Source: Acaryochloris thomasi RCC1774 (GTDB lineage: Bacteria; Cyanobacteriota; Cyanobacteriia; Thermosynechococcales; Thermosynechococcaceae). From it: a DNA stretch of 32,000 nt. Shown one piece after another: positions 17,222 to 25,306 of this stretch (position 1 is the stretch's first letter; every line of letters begins with the position of its first letter). The stretch is from contig NZ_PQWO01000012.1 of NCBI RefSeq assembly GCF_003231495.1, forward strand, positions 90,001-122,000, in the 5' to 3' direction. Position numbers and translations under genes: made by a program. The notes beneath the pieces were generated by a model. That model was not told where the DNA came from and searched no databases. It saw only the letters and a list, made by a program, of their open reading frames with translations.

Positions 17222-19918
17222 ATGCAGACTCTACAACCCGATCATAGTGTTGAATCGGCTTCACGACCGTTTAATAGCGCGTCGGAGACTCTAGCCTCGC
17301 CCCATATATCGAAGGATTTGGGCGTTTACATCACGGTTCACGGCCACTTTTATCAGCCGCCCCGCGAGAATCCCTATTTGGGGATCATTGAGGGGCAATC
17401 CAGTGCGGCCCCTTTCCGCAATTGGAATGAACGCATCCACCACGAATGCTATCGCCCTAATGCCTTTGCTCGGATCCTTAATGATCAGGGTGAGGTTGTT
17501 GATATCGTCAACAATTTTGAGTACCTGAGCTTCAACATCGGTCCGACGTTGATGAGCTGGCTAGAACACTACGATGCGGAGGTCTACCAGCGTATTCTAG
17601 AGGCAGATCGCAAAAGTTGTGAGCGTCTCAATGGCCACGGCAATGCGATCGCACAGGTCTATAACCACATCATCCTGCCCCTCGCCAATGAGCGGGATAA
17701 AGTCACCCAAGTCCGCTGGGGTAAAGCTGACTTCCAGGCTCGGTTTGGTCGAGAGCCAGAGGGCATGTGGCTCGCGGAAGCTGCTGTTGACTACCCAACA
17801 CTGGAGGTGCTGATTCAAGAAGGGATTCGCTTCATTATTTTGGCCCCTTCCCAAGCGGAGAAATGCCGTCCGCTGATTTCTTCTGACGCTATTTCCTCTG
17901 AAGTCTCTGACGACCCCTGGTATGCGGTGGGAGGCGGTCAAATCGATCCGGTGCGCCCCTATCGCTGCTTTTTGCCGGACGGAGATCGCAGTTGTGACTA
18001 CATCGATATCTTCTTCTACGACGGCCCGATTTCGGCTGATATTGGCTTTGATGATGTGCTTAGCACCTCAGGCAACTTTGCCGGTCGTTTAGGCCAAGCT
18101 GTTCGTCAGCAACACGACGAGGCACAGATCATTTCCGTGGCCACCGATGGCGAAACCTTTGGTCATCACAAATCAGATACGGAAAAAGCCCTTGCCTATG
18201 CCTTAACAACAACCTTCCCAAAGCAGGGCTGGACGGTCACCAACTATGCTCACTATCTGAGTTTGCACCCGCCCATCTGGGAGGTGGAGCTAAAATCTGT
18301 GACGGCCTGGAGCTGCGCCCACGGTGTGGGTCGCTGGCAAGATGACTGTGGCTGCGGGGGGGAAGGCAGTCTCTGGCACCAGCAGTGGCGGCGTCCCCTA
18401 CGGAATGCTCTAGATTGGCTCAGAGACCAGCTCAGTGCGCTTTACATAGAAAAGGGAGAACCCCTGCTCAGCGATCCCTGGCAGGCGCGAGATCAGTATG
18501 TTCAAGTTTTGGGTCAGCCCCCGATCTCAACCCTGTGGGATGATCACGCGGATGACGATCGAGTCATGGAATTCTTGCAGCGTCAGCAGCAGCATCCGCT
18601 GACGGCTGAGGAACAGGTCGATGCCCTGCGGCTGCTAGAAATGCAGCGCCACACGTTATTGATGTATACGAGCTGCGGCTGGTTCTTTGCTGAACTCTCT
18701 CGCCCAGAAGGGGTTCAGATCCTACGGTACGCGGCGCGCGCTATTGCCCTAGCGGCGGATGTAACCGGCATTGATTTAGAGGCAGACTTTATCCAGCGGC
18801 TGGCTTTGGCCCCTAGTAACGTGGATGCATTTCAAAATGGGGCTGGTGTCTATGAGCAACTGGTGAAGCCGTCTCAGGTCAGTCTGCAGCAGGTGGCGGC
18901 CCACTACGCGATGAATTCGCTCTTTAATACCTATCCCGATCAGGAGCGTATTTATTGCTACCAGGTCCAGAAGCTGGACTATCAACTACAGCACATTGGT
19001 TCTCTGACGTTGGCGGTGGGACAGCTCTGCCTGACCTCTGAAGTAACCCATGAGTCGGAGCAGTTGGTCTTTGGAGTACTGCATCTAGGAGGCTGGGACT
19101 TCCATTGTGGGGTACAGCCATTTGCAGGCCGCAAGCATTACGCCGAGGTTAAGGAGCAGCTATTTAACGGGCTACATCAGGGGGTTGCTCCCGTTGTGTT
19201 AGCCCTTGATAGAACGTTTGGTTCTCGCCACTTCGGTCTGCAAGATCTGTTTCCTGATGAGCGCCAGCGGATGATGACGTTGCTGACCCAAAGTACGCTC
19301 AATCGCTTGGACCAGCTCTATTCACAGGTTTACCGCGATAACTATGGGGTCTTAATGGCCTTCCAGCAGGATAATCTGGCGGTGCCGCAGCCTTTGTTAA
19401 TGGCGGCTCAGGTGGCACTTAGTCATCGAGCGATGCATGCCCTTAGAGGTTTGGAGCAGGATCTGAGCAGTATGGCAGCGGACGAGAAGCTGGGGAGTCG
19501 GTATTTTGTGGAAGTGGATGCGATCGCAACCGAAACCAACCACCTCAACTGCACCTTAACCCTCGAAGGGGCCGAGAAATCACTGGCAGATCTAACCTTA
19601 CGGCTCCTTTGGCAGCTCCTGCAAGACGAAGATCTTGAACATCTACAGATTCGGCTGCAGCACCTCGACCAGCTCCTAGCCGTGGGACCAAAACTCGGTT
19701 TAACCCTGTCTCTAAACCCTGCACAGGAACTCTACTTCCACCATTTGCAGACGCAGCTTGTCCCTCAGTGTCAGCAGTACGCTGCTGAACCAGGTATAGA
19801 ATCCTTAGTAGACAAAGGACAGGCTAGGATACCTAAAGCACAACTGCGTCAGCTTCTTAAACTAGGTCAAAAGCTGTCGGTTGCTGTCGATCCTTTTGTA
19901 GACATGCTAACTGGGTGA
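17222..19918 (+). CDS. Glycoside hydrolase family 57 protein with long C-terminal extension
   Basis: VHGHFYQPPRENP, FNIGPTLMSWLE, and TDGETFGHH are typical GH57 blocks. About 500 further residues follow. ATG 17222 is preferred over the ORF-track TTG at 17153. Confidence 0.85.
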   Translation: MQTLQPDHSVESASRPFNSASETLASPHISKDLGVYITVHGHFYQPPRENPYLGIIEGQSSAAPFRNWNERIHHECYRPNAFARILNDQGEVVDIVNNFEYLSFNIGPTLMSWLEHYDAEVYQRILEADRKSCERLNGHGNAIAQVYNHIILPLANERDKVTQVRWGKADFQARFGREPEGMWLAEAAVDYPTLEVLIQEGIRFIILAPSQAEKCRPLISSDAISSEVSDDPWYAVGGGQIDPVRPYRCFLPDGDRSCDYIDIFFYDGPISADIGFDDVLSTSGNFAGRLGQAVRQQHDEAQIISVATDGETFGHHKSDTEKALAYALTTTFPKQGWTVTNYAHYLSLHPPIWEVELKSVTAWSCAHGVGRWQDDCGCGGEGSLWHQQWRRPLRNALDWLRDQLSALYIEKGEPLLSDPWQARDQYVQVLGQPPISTLWDDHADDDRVMEFLQRQQQHPLTAEEQVDALRLLEMQRHTLLMYTSCGWFFAELSRPEGVQILRYAARAIALAADVTGIDLEADFIQRLALAPSNVDAFQNGAGVYEQLVKPSQVSLQQVAAHYAMNSLFNTYPDQERIYCYQVQKLDYQLQHIGSLTLAVGQLCLTSEVTHESEQLVFGVLHLGGWDFHCGVQPFAGRKHYAEVKEQLFNGLHQGVAPVVLALDRTFGSRHFGLQDLFPDERQRMMTLLTQSTLNRLDQLYSQVYRDNYGVLMAFQQDNLAVPQPLLMAAQVALSHRAMHALRGLEQDLSSMAADEKLGSRYFVEVDAIATETNHLNCTLTLEGAEKSLADLTLRLLWQLLQDEDLEHLQIRLQHLDQLLAVGPKLGLTLSLNPAQELYFHHLQTQLVPQCQQYAAEPGIESLVDKGQARIPKAQLRQLLKLGQKLSVAVDPFVDMLTG
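19517..19531. repeat. HIP1 (GCGATCGC) in extended form GATGCGATCGCAACC; representative copy
   Basis: The identical 15-mer also occurs at 981-995, 23455-23469 and 31372-31386. The core octamer was counted by eye at 984, 4018, 4356, 7840, 12251, 12721, 17645, 19520, 20515, 23458, 24656, 27122, 28752, 29781, 30135 and 31375. Confidence 0.9.
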
Positions 19919-20706
19919 TCACCGCTCTCATTTCGACGAAGGCCCTGCTGCTGCTCTCCGGATTGGCAGCAGGGCTTTTAGCGGGTGTTCTCGGAATTGG
20001 TGGAGGTGTCCTCTTGGTGCCGCTATTGGTGGGATTTGGCTACCCGCCAGTCCAAGCAGTGGGCACCAGCACCCTCGGAATTCTGATCATTGCCTTTGGC
20101 GGTACGCTGCAAAATCTGCGGTCCGGCTATCTCCGCCTCAACTCAATTTTGATGTTAGGTCTACCGTCGATCGTCACAGCCCAACTGGGAGCCTTCTGCG
20201 CCAGTCAAGTCTGGGAACCGCTCTTGCTAGGTTCCTTTGGGCTCCTGCTTTGGGCCACGATTTATTTAGTAGATTTGCGGAAAAGGCTGACTCGTTTACC
20301 CGGCGGCTCTAAGATGCAGCCCACGAGGAATCCACTGTTTGCCCGCCTCACCACCGGCAGTCTCTCAGGATTCCTGGCTGGATTTTTTGGCGTTGGTGGG
20401 GGTGTGGTGCTGGTGCCACTGCAGATTTGGCTGGTGGGAGAGTCGATGAAGGTGGCCATTCAAACCAGCCTAGGCGTAATTATGATTACGGCACTGTCGG
20501 CGCTGGTAGGACATGCGATCGCAAATAATGTCTTGCTCACCGAAGGCTTGCTCGTAGGCATCGGTGGATTTTTGGGCGCGCAAATCAGCACCCGTTTCTT
20601 GCCCAAACTCCCTGAGCAGATTGTGAGCCGGTTGTTTCGCTCCATGCTGGCCCTGCTATCAATTTATGTTTTCTGGCAGGCTTGGCAGCTAATGAACGCA
20701 GCTTAA
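19915..20706 (+). CDS. TauE/SafE-family anion exporter
   Basis: Two-repeat polytopic protein with GIGGGVLLVPLL and GVGGGVVLVPLQ. GTG start overlaps the GH57 stop (GTGA). Confidence 0.8.
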   Translation: MITALISTKALLLLSGLAAGLLAGVLGIGGGVLLVPLLVGFGYPPVQAVGTSTLGILIIAFGGTLQNLRSGYLRLNSILMLGLPSIVTAQLGAFCASQVWEPLLLGSFGLLLWATIYLVDLRKRLTRLPGGSKMQPTRNPLFARLTTGSLSGFLAGFFGVGGGVVLVPLQIWLVGESMKVAIQTSLGVIMITALSALVGHAIANNVLLTEGLLVGIGGFLGAQISTRFLPKLPEQIVSRLFRSMLALLSIYVFWQAWQLMNAA

Positions 20707-20722
20707 GCGGCCTTACACGCCC

Positions 20723-21103
20723 CTAAAGTCGCCAGAGTGAGAGATCCCCCTCATCCGTATCATCCAAATATTGACCCGTTATTTGAGCCACCGTTTGCGG
20801 ATCGCGTCGCCGCCATTCCTGTAGCGTCTCAGTGCGAATACTCGGGTTGCCATCAACCATATCTAGATCGGCCGCCACGGAGACCAAAGCACCCGCCGCT
20901 TCATAGGTTACGGAAACATCGGCTTGCCCCTCTAAAATTGCCATGCGCGCGGTAAAAGCTTGAGGCGTCGCGTTGAGAAGATACTCATGCCCCAGCAGTT
21001 CTGAATTGCGATAGATAAGAACATGAACGTCGAACTTAAACGCACGGTCCTTCTTCGAGAGACGTCCCTTAGGCATAGATAACTTCAGCAAACTAAAAAC
21101 CAT
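20723..21103 (-). CDS. Hypothetical protein
   Basis: 126-aa ORF from ATG 21103 (MVFSLLKLSMPKGR...), preceded by GAAAGG. The ORF-track N-terminal extension to 21253 is R/S-rich and looks non-coding. Confidence 0.5.
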   Translation of the reverse strand: MVFSLLKLSMPKGRLSKKDRAFKFDVHVLIYRNSELLGHEYLLNATPQAFTARMAILEGQADVSVTYEAAGALVSVAADLDMVDGNPSIRTETLQEWRRRDPQTVAQITGQYLDDTDEGDLSLWRL

Positions 21104-21296
21104 TAGCGATAAACCTTTCAGTGAAGGTGACGGAGAAATTGCGGTTCTGGTGCGCCTCAAAACTGGCCCTCTCAAACAGGCTGACCTACGGCCATCACTC
21201 CTGTTGCAGTCCGACTCAATCGGTCGAAGGCTATCAACCTTGAACAAAACCAACGGCCCTCTGATTCCAGTGTGCCCTTGCCGAATTCAAAAATCG

Positions 21297-21653
21297 CTAT
21301 TTTTGAAGATGAGGGGCATTGAGGGGCATTAATTTTGCTTCCCACTGATACTGTCTTAAATTAATGCGATCGGTCGTATTGAAGATTACATCCTCTTGCT
21401 CTAGCAAAATGCGCTGCAGATCGTCACTGCCCTGTCGCTGGGGCGATTGAGAAATTTCACCCTTCGCATTCACAACGCGATGCCAGGGGACATCGGCATC
21501 CGGCGCAACCCTAAACAGCGCATACCCCACCTGTCGAGCATTTCGCGGTCGCCCCAACAATGCCGCGATCTGGCCATAGGTTGCCACCTGCCCCACCGGA
21601 ATTTGGCGGACGAGGTCGTAGATTTGCTCGTATAGCGGATTGTTTTGAGCCAT
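21297..21653 (-). CDS. Alkyltransferase-like (ATL) protein, MGMT/Ogt DNA-binding-domain family without the acceptor cysteine
   Basis: VATYGQIAALLGRPRNARQVGYAL...VPWHRVVNAKGEIS...INLRQYQW. The motif is PWHRV where active O6-alkylguanine transferases have PCHRV. Confidence 0.8.
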   Translation of the reverse strand: MAQNNPLYEQIYDLVRQIPVGQVATYGQIAALLGRPRNARQVGYALFRVAPDADVPWHRVVNAKGEISQSPQRQGSDDLQRILLEQEDVIFNTTDRINLRQYQWEAKLMPLNAPHLQK

Positions 21654-21665
21654 ATCACTGTTTAC

Positions 21666-22328
21666 CTATCCAAAACCATGTTCTGCCAGGAACTCAGGCG
21701 AAAGGGTTGGCATGGAGGTTGGATGTAGGTCTGGGGCGGGCGTTCTCAGAAATTTAGCGACATATTTGCTCAATACATCGGTTTCGAGATTAACCCAGTG
21801 ACCGACATGAAGCTGCTGCAAATTTGTCTCCGCAAAGCTATGGGGAATCACGGCCACCGTAAACCAGGTGCCCTCTGTATTGCAGTCAGCCACGGTCAGA
21901 CTGATGCCGTTCACGGCAATACTGCCCTTCGAGACGATATGGTTTGCCACAGCGGTCGGGGCACCAAAACGAATGATCCAGGACTCACCCGTCTGAATAA
22001 TTTCTTCCACCGTCCCGACATCATCAATGTGACCAGTGACGAAATGTCCACCCAGGCGGTCGCCGACCTGCAGAGCTGGCTCTAGGTTGACGGGAACTTG
22101 AACATTGACCCGCCGCTCTAGGGTGGTCCGCTGCAGGGTCTCCGGCGAGGTCGTGACGACAAATCCCCCCGGTACCAAGGTCTCCACCGTTAGACACACG
22201 CCATCAACGGCTACGCTATCGCCCAAAGCTATCGTCTTAACCCAGGGCTGGTGCGGACAGGTCACGAGCAACTGATTGGCCCCTTTGGATCTGAGATAGC
22301 CGGTCCCCTGTACAAGTCCTGTGAACAT
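21666..22328 (-). CDS. ribE: Riboflavin synthase (alpha chain)
   Basis: MFTGLVQGTG..., GDSVAVDGVCLTV, GSIAVNGISLTV (duplicated lumazine-binding repeats). Confidence 0.9.
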   Translation of the reverse strand: MFTGLVQGTGYLRSKGANQLLVTCPHQPWVKTIALGDSVAVDGVCLTVETLVPGGFVVTTSPETLQRTTLERRVNVQVPVNLEPALQVGDRLGGHFVTGHIDDVGTVEEIIQTGESWIIRFGAPTAVANHIVSKGSIAVNGISLTVADCNTEGTWFTVAVIPHSFAETNLQQLHVGHWVNLETDVLSKYVAKFLRTPAPDLHPTSMPTLSPEFLAEHGFG

Positions 22329-22567
22329 GCTCCATCCTGTGAATCAATATACTGTTACATTGCCTTGAGTATTTTTCCCGATGTCAAATCCCCTTTGAGA
22401 TCGCTACGCTCAAGGCAGAGGCTTTCTCTGTGCCATGACATTCAGATTAAGCAGTGGTCTTGGGAGATAATGGTAAATCATCTGACTCTTAACGAAATTA
22501 TAGAGATGATTTGGGTTGACCATCCATCGATGGCGCTCACTACTCACACACCCTGGGGGCTGGGCCG

Positions 22568-23071
22568 ATGATTGAAATGAATGTTGCAGGTATTGCCCTG
22601 GATGCCTCCAGTCGCCTACCCATTGTGCTGCTTAAGGATGGGACGGGGCGTCGTGCACTGCCGATCTGGATCGGTCAAACCGAAGCGCGAGCCATTCTCA
22701 GTGCCCTTGAAAATCAAAAAACGCAGCGCCCCATGACCCACGATCTGATGTCAAACTGTTTGACAGAATGGGATCTAGAGCTAACCCGCGTCGTTATTCA
22801 CTCACTGGAAGACAGCACCTACTACGCGATCATGACCCTGGAGCAGGGAGAGATAAAGAAAGAGATTGATGCCAGGCCCAGCGATGCAATAGCACTGGCT
22901 CTCCGCATGAATACCCCCATCTGGGTTCTTGAAGAGGTGGTCGCAGATGCTTCTATTCCTGTCGATCAAGAGGCTGATGAACAGGAACAGGAAGAATTCC
23001 GTGAGTTTTTAGAGAATATTAGACCAGGTGATTTTCTCAAGAGTTCTGGGGGCGGTGAAGCAACGGGTTAA
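22568..23071 (+). CDS. Bifunctional nuclease family (DUF151) protein
   Basis: VAGIALDASSRLPIVLLKD...LPIWIGQTEARAI...RPMTHDL...ARPSDAIALALR, followed by an acidic C-terminal tail. Confidence 0.8.
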   Translation: MIEMNVAGIALDASSRLPIVLLKDGTGRRALPIWIGQTEARAILSALENQKTQRPMTHDLMSNCLTEWDLELTRVVIHSLEDSTYYAIMTLEQGEIKKEIDARPSDAIALALRMNTPIWVLEEVVADASIPVDQEADEQEQEEFREFLENIRPGDFLKSSGGGEATG

Positions 23072-24192
23072 TGCACTATCGTCGTTTTGGGCGGACCAAT
23101 CTAGAGATCTCGGTTTTCTCTTTAGGGACAATGCGGTATCTGGCGTCGGCAAACAATGCAAAGGCGACCATTGAGCGGGCACTGACACTGGGCATCAACC
23201 ATATTGAAACGGCTCAAGGTTACGGCAAGAGTGAGCTGTATCTAGGGGCAGTCCTAAAAGAACAGATTCCCCGGGAACAGGTGGTGATTACGACAAAGGT
23301 GACGCCAAAGCCGGATGCGGCATCGATGTCGGCGGCAATTGACACATCGCTAGAAAGACTGGGACTTGACTATATAGACTGTCTGGCGCTGCATGGCGTT
23401 AATACGCGAGAGCATTTCAGCTGGATTGTGAACGGCTGCATGGATGCGGTTTGGGATGCGATCGCAACCCACAAGATCCGTCACGTCGGCTTCTCCACCC
23501 ACGGCCCATTAGATTTGATTCTCGATACCCTCAACACCGATTTCTTCGAATTCATCAACCTACATTACACCTACTTTTGGCAGCGGAACGCCCCCGCCGT
23601 GGCCGTGGCCCACCAAAAAGACATGGGTATATTTATCATCTCTCCTGCTGATAAAGGCGGCCTCCTATACACCCCGCCACAGAAACTTCAGGATCTATGT
23701 GCGCCGCTAGATCCTTTGCATTTCAACGCTCGGTTTTTGCTGAGTCAACCACCCATTACCACCCTAAGCGTTGGAGCAGCGAACCCTGAGCAGCTTGATT
23801 GGCCCCTCGCCGTTACCCATCCAACCGATCCCCTCACCCCCGTCGAGCAAGCCATTCTTGACCAGCTTGAACAAACCGCCGAGGACACTCTCGGAACCGA
23901 TCGCTGCAGCCAGTGCCATGACTGCCTGCCCTGCCCTGAAGCTATCAACATCCCTGAAGTACTGCGGCTGCGGAATCTAGCCGTGGGCTATGACATGACT
24001 GAATTTGGCCGCTATCGCTACCGGATGTTTGAGAATGCAGGCCACTGGTTCCCAGGACGTAAAGGCAGCCGCTGTACTGAATGCGGTGATTGTCTCCCCC
24101 GATGTCCCGAGCAGCTCAACATTCCGGCCCTATTGAAAGATACCCACGAGCGCCTCAACGAGCAGCCACGACCGAGGCTGTGGGAGTCCTAG
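23071..24192 (+). CDS. Aldo/keto reductase with C-terminal Fe-S cysteine clusters
   Basis: YRRFGRTNLEISVFSLGTMR, INHIETAQGYG and LHGVN form the AKR core. C-terminal CSQCHDCLPCP and CTECGDCLPRCP. The ATG overlaps the upstream TAA (TAATG). Confidence 0.8.
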   Translation: MHYRRFGRTNLEISVFSLGTMRYLASANNAKATIERALTLGINHIETAQGYGKSELYLGAVLKEQIPREQVVITTKVTPKPDAASMSAAIDTSLERLGLDYIDCLALHGVNTREHFSWIVNGCMDAVWDAIATHKIRHVGFSTHGPLDLILDTLNTDFFEFINLHYTYFWQRNAPAVAVAHQKDMGIFIISPADKGGLLYTPPQKLQDLCAPLDPLHFNARFLLSQPPITTLSVGAANPEQLDWPLAVTHPTDPLTPVEQAILDQLEQTAEDTLGTDRCSQCHDCLPCPEAINIPEVLRLRNLAVGYDMTEFGRYRYRMFENAGHWFPGRKGSRCTECGDCLPRCPEQLNIPALLKDTHERLNEQPRPRLWES

Positions 24193-24890
24193 GAGCCTGT
24201 CAAAGCCCCTTCCCGCACTTTGGGGCAAGCGGGAGCCTTGGGCTGGGCCACTGAACATTGGGTTGTCAAGCAGGGCTGATTATAAATAGCTTCTTCCGCC
24301 AGCGGCGGGGCAGGCTGGCCAAACACCATCTCGCAGCTCAGGTCTTCAAAGTTAGGCGTCAACGTCAGCGGAAAACCAAACTCCTGGGCAAAAAATTCTT
24401 GGGTCGGCAGCTTGCACATATTAATGCACATGCCCACACAGCCACTCTGTTCTAGATAGCGGCACTTTTTAATATGAATGCCGCTGCGCTGCGTGCGAGG
24501 CTGCCCCTGGGCAGTGGGAACCTCGACTTCTTTCTGTTCACAAGGGCCGACGAGCCAAGCAAACATATGGCTAGCGAACCAAGCATTCCACTCTAGAATC
24601 AAGCGAGCTGGGCGCACAAACGTGCGGATTGACCACAGAACAGGTGCAGGAATTAGCGATCGCAACATCGTTCCAATCACCCGCTGCTGCCCTTGGGCAT
24701 CGTACCCCTTAACCACCTGCTCTGATAAATCCACCAGCCCCTCATAGCCCGATAGCGCTGTGGTTTTACCCACCGCCCGCGACATCTTGCGCGCCACCAG
24801 TCCGATCAAGAGCTGGTCTAAACGACTATCGTTATATTCTTCAAGCGGTACAGTCATAAATGATAGATTGGCCTCAAGGTAGGGCAGCAT
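24189..24890 (-). CDS. D27-like beta-carotene-isomerase-family (DUF4033) protein
   Basis: KKCRYLEQSGCVGMCINMCKLPTQEFFAQEFGFPLTLTPNFEDLSCEMVFGQ closely resembles the conserved C-terminal block of plant D27 and D27-like proteins as I recall it. Confidence 0.8.
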   Translation of the reverse strand: MLPYLEANLSFMTVPLEEYNDSRLDQLLIGLVARKMSRAVGKTTALSGYEGLVDLSEQVVKGYDAQGQQRVIGTMLRSLIPAPVLWSIRTFVRPARLILEWNAWFASHMFAWLVGPCEQKEVEVPTAQGQPRTQRSGIHIKKCRYLEQSGCVGMCINMCKLPTQEFFAQEFGFPLTLTPNFEDLSCEMVFGQPAPPLAEEAIYNQPCLTTQCSVAQPKAPACPKVREGALTGS

Positions 24891-25039
24891 GGGAGCATAT
24901 CCAGTCTACACTCGCCTTACAGCCCCTTAGATATAGCAGTACCCGGCTGAGTTAGGACAGCCTTGCTTTACTATCAATGGGCTTTAGCCATTTCAATGTC
25001 CGAATCACTACGTGTACCGCTATAGAAGGGAGTCAGACC

Positions 25040-25306
25040 ATGACCCTAGTTCCCTGTAACGTTTGCGGCACTCTCAACAGCGAAGATACCGAAATTTGCC
25101 TCAGTTGTGAGTTCCCTATTAAAGGCCGCAGACGCCCTGTAATTTTCCAGTGGGCCGCATTGCTGCTCCTGCTTCCGTTTGCGATCACGGGCCTATCCCT
25201 AGCGTTCAATTGGCTAAGACCCCAGCGGCCCCCGTCTTCTCCAGCCGAGAGAACGGCTCGTTTCACCGTAGACAATCAACATCAAACGGATAGGCTATTT
25301 TTTTAG
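25040..25306 (+). CDS. Small zinc-ribbon membrane protein, hypothetical
   Basis: ATG 25040 is preceded by GAAGGGAG. CNVC...CLSC zinc ribbon, then the TM helix IFQWAALLLLLPFAITGLSLAF. The 3' end overlaps the convergent gene by 12 nt. Confidence 0.55.
   Translation: MTLVPCNVCGTLNSEDTEICLSCEFPIKGRRRPVIFQWAALLLLLPFAITGLSLAFNWLRPQRPPSSPAERTARFTVDNQHQTDRLFF

Noticed and set aside
21104-21253. N-terminal 50-aa extension of the 176-aa ORF
   Set aside because: It is R/S/C-rich and has a non-ATG start. The internal ATG 21103 has an SD-like GAAAGG.
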